Part shown: positions 63,362 to 64,000 of the stretch, one piece after another
Position numbering within the stretch: the first letter of the stretch is position 1
How the letters are laid out: each line of letters opens with the position of its first letter
Source: Anolis carolinensis
Lineage: Eukaryota
Direction of reading: 5' to 3'
Length of the DNA stretch: 64,000 nucleotides
Assembly: GCF_035594765.1 (NCBI RefSeq)
Contig: NC_085844.1
Location: 25,559,923-25,623,922 of the forward strand
Made by a program: the position numbers and the translations under genes
The notes under the pieces: model-generated
Told to the model about the DNA's origin: nothing
Databases searched by the model: none
Seen by the model: only the letters and a program-made list of their open reading frames with translations

Positions 63362-64000
63362 CTGTTTTTTAATTTTTCCAAGATCCTAACCATTTTAATT
63401 TGAGTTTGGGCATAATAGAAAATGCCACAATGGCTTGATGTTGCATTCAGACATCATGGTTCTGTAGTACTAATTCAGAACCATAGGATTCATTTTTTAG
63501 CCTTATGTTCTAGCCACATCACCACACTGGGCTGTTTTAGCATGCTGCCCATCACACTACATTGCTGGATTTCTGGTGGAGGCCCTGCCCACAACTAGAG
63601 TGGTATCATCCTAGGAAGCTTCCTTTTAAACAGGGGAGCCTGCCTATGTTGTGCTTTCTCTAATAGAGCCAACACAGATCCATGCTGCTTTGGTGATGCT
63701 TCCCCTTTGTGATGGGGAAGTAGCGTCATGATGATGTGTCATGCAGGGATGTAGAATCACCCGTCATTCCTGTCATTTTATCATGTAGGCTGCCAAAACA
63801 GCATGGGGGGAGCCCCCCATGTGATGAAGTCTTAAAACTGAGACTCTGCTTATTAACCAAAACCACACAGTATCACTTCTATGATTCCCAAGGTTTTATC
63901 TATGTATGTGCAGTAATAGAACTTAGGTTCTGTGTTTGCTCCAAATCATACCCAAGAGCATCTTCACTATTAAACCGAGCTGTGTGTTCGGTATTCTTTG

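Overview
AT-rich, repeat-dense vertebrate genomic DNA, almost certainly from an anole or related squamate (Sauria SINEs, 5S-derived SINEs, BovB, Vingi, R4/Dong, CR1, L2, a Penelope remnant, a Helitron and many hAT/Tc1/Harbinger MITEs), with five assembly gaps. I could not identify a host protein-coding gene; the window looks intergenic or intronic, with one weak candidate terminal exon near 63.3 kb. The dominant feature is a very young 6.24-kb Ty3/Gypsy LTR retrotransposon of the Tf1/sushi type on the minus strand (27326-33565). It has two 1149-bp LTRs with no mismatch visible by eye, an ACAAC target-site duplication, a self-priming primer site, a -1 gag-pol frameshift signal, an intact pol and a broken gag. 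Its integrase has no chromodomain. Instead pol reads through the PPT and across the whole U3 of the 3' LTR, adding an acidic tail that contains RLRDIFAAPSDEESFEGF. This closely resembles the helix-acidic-FxGF motif that host proteins such as JPO2/CDCA7L, POGZ, MLL1 and IWS1 use to bind LEDGF/p75-type TFIIS-N-terminal domains. That suggests an LTR-encoded mimic of a host motif for integration targeting; the function is inferred and untested.
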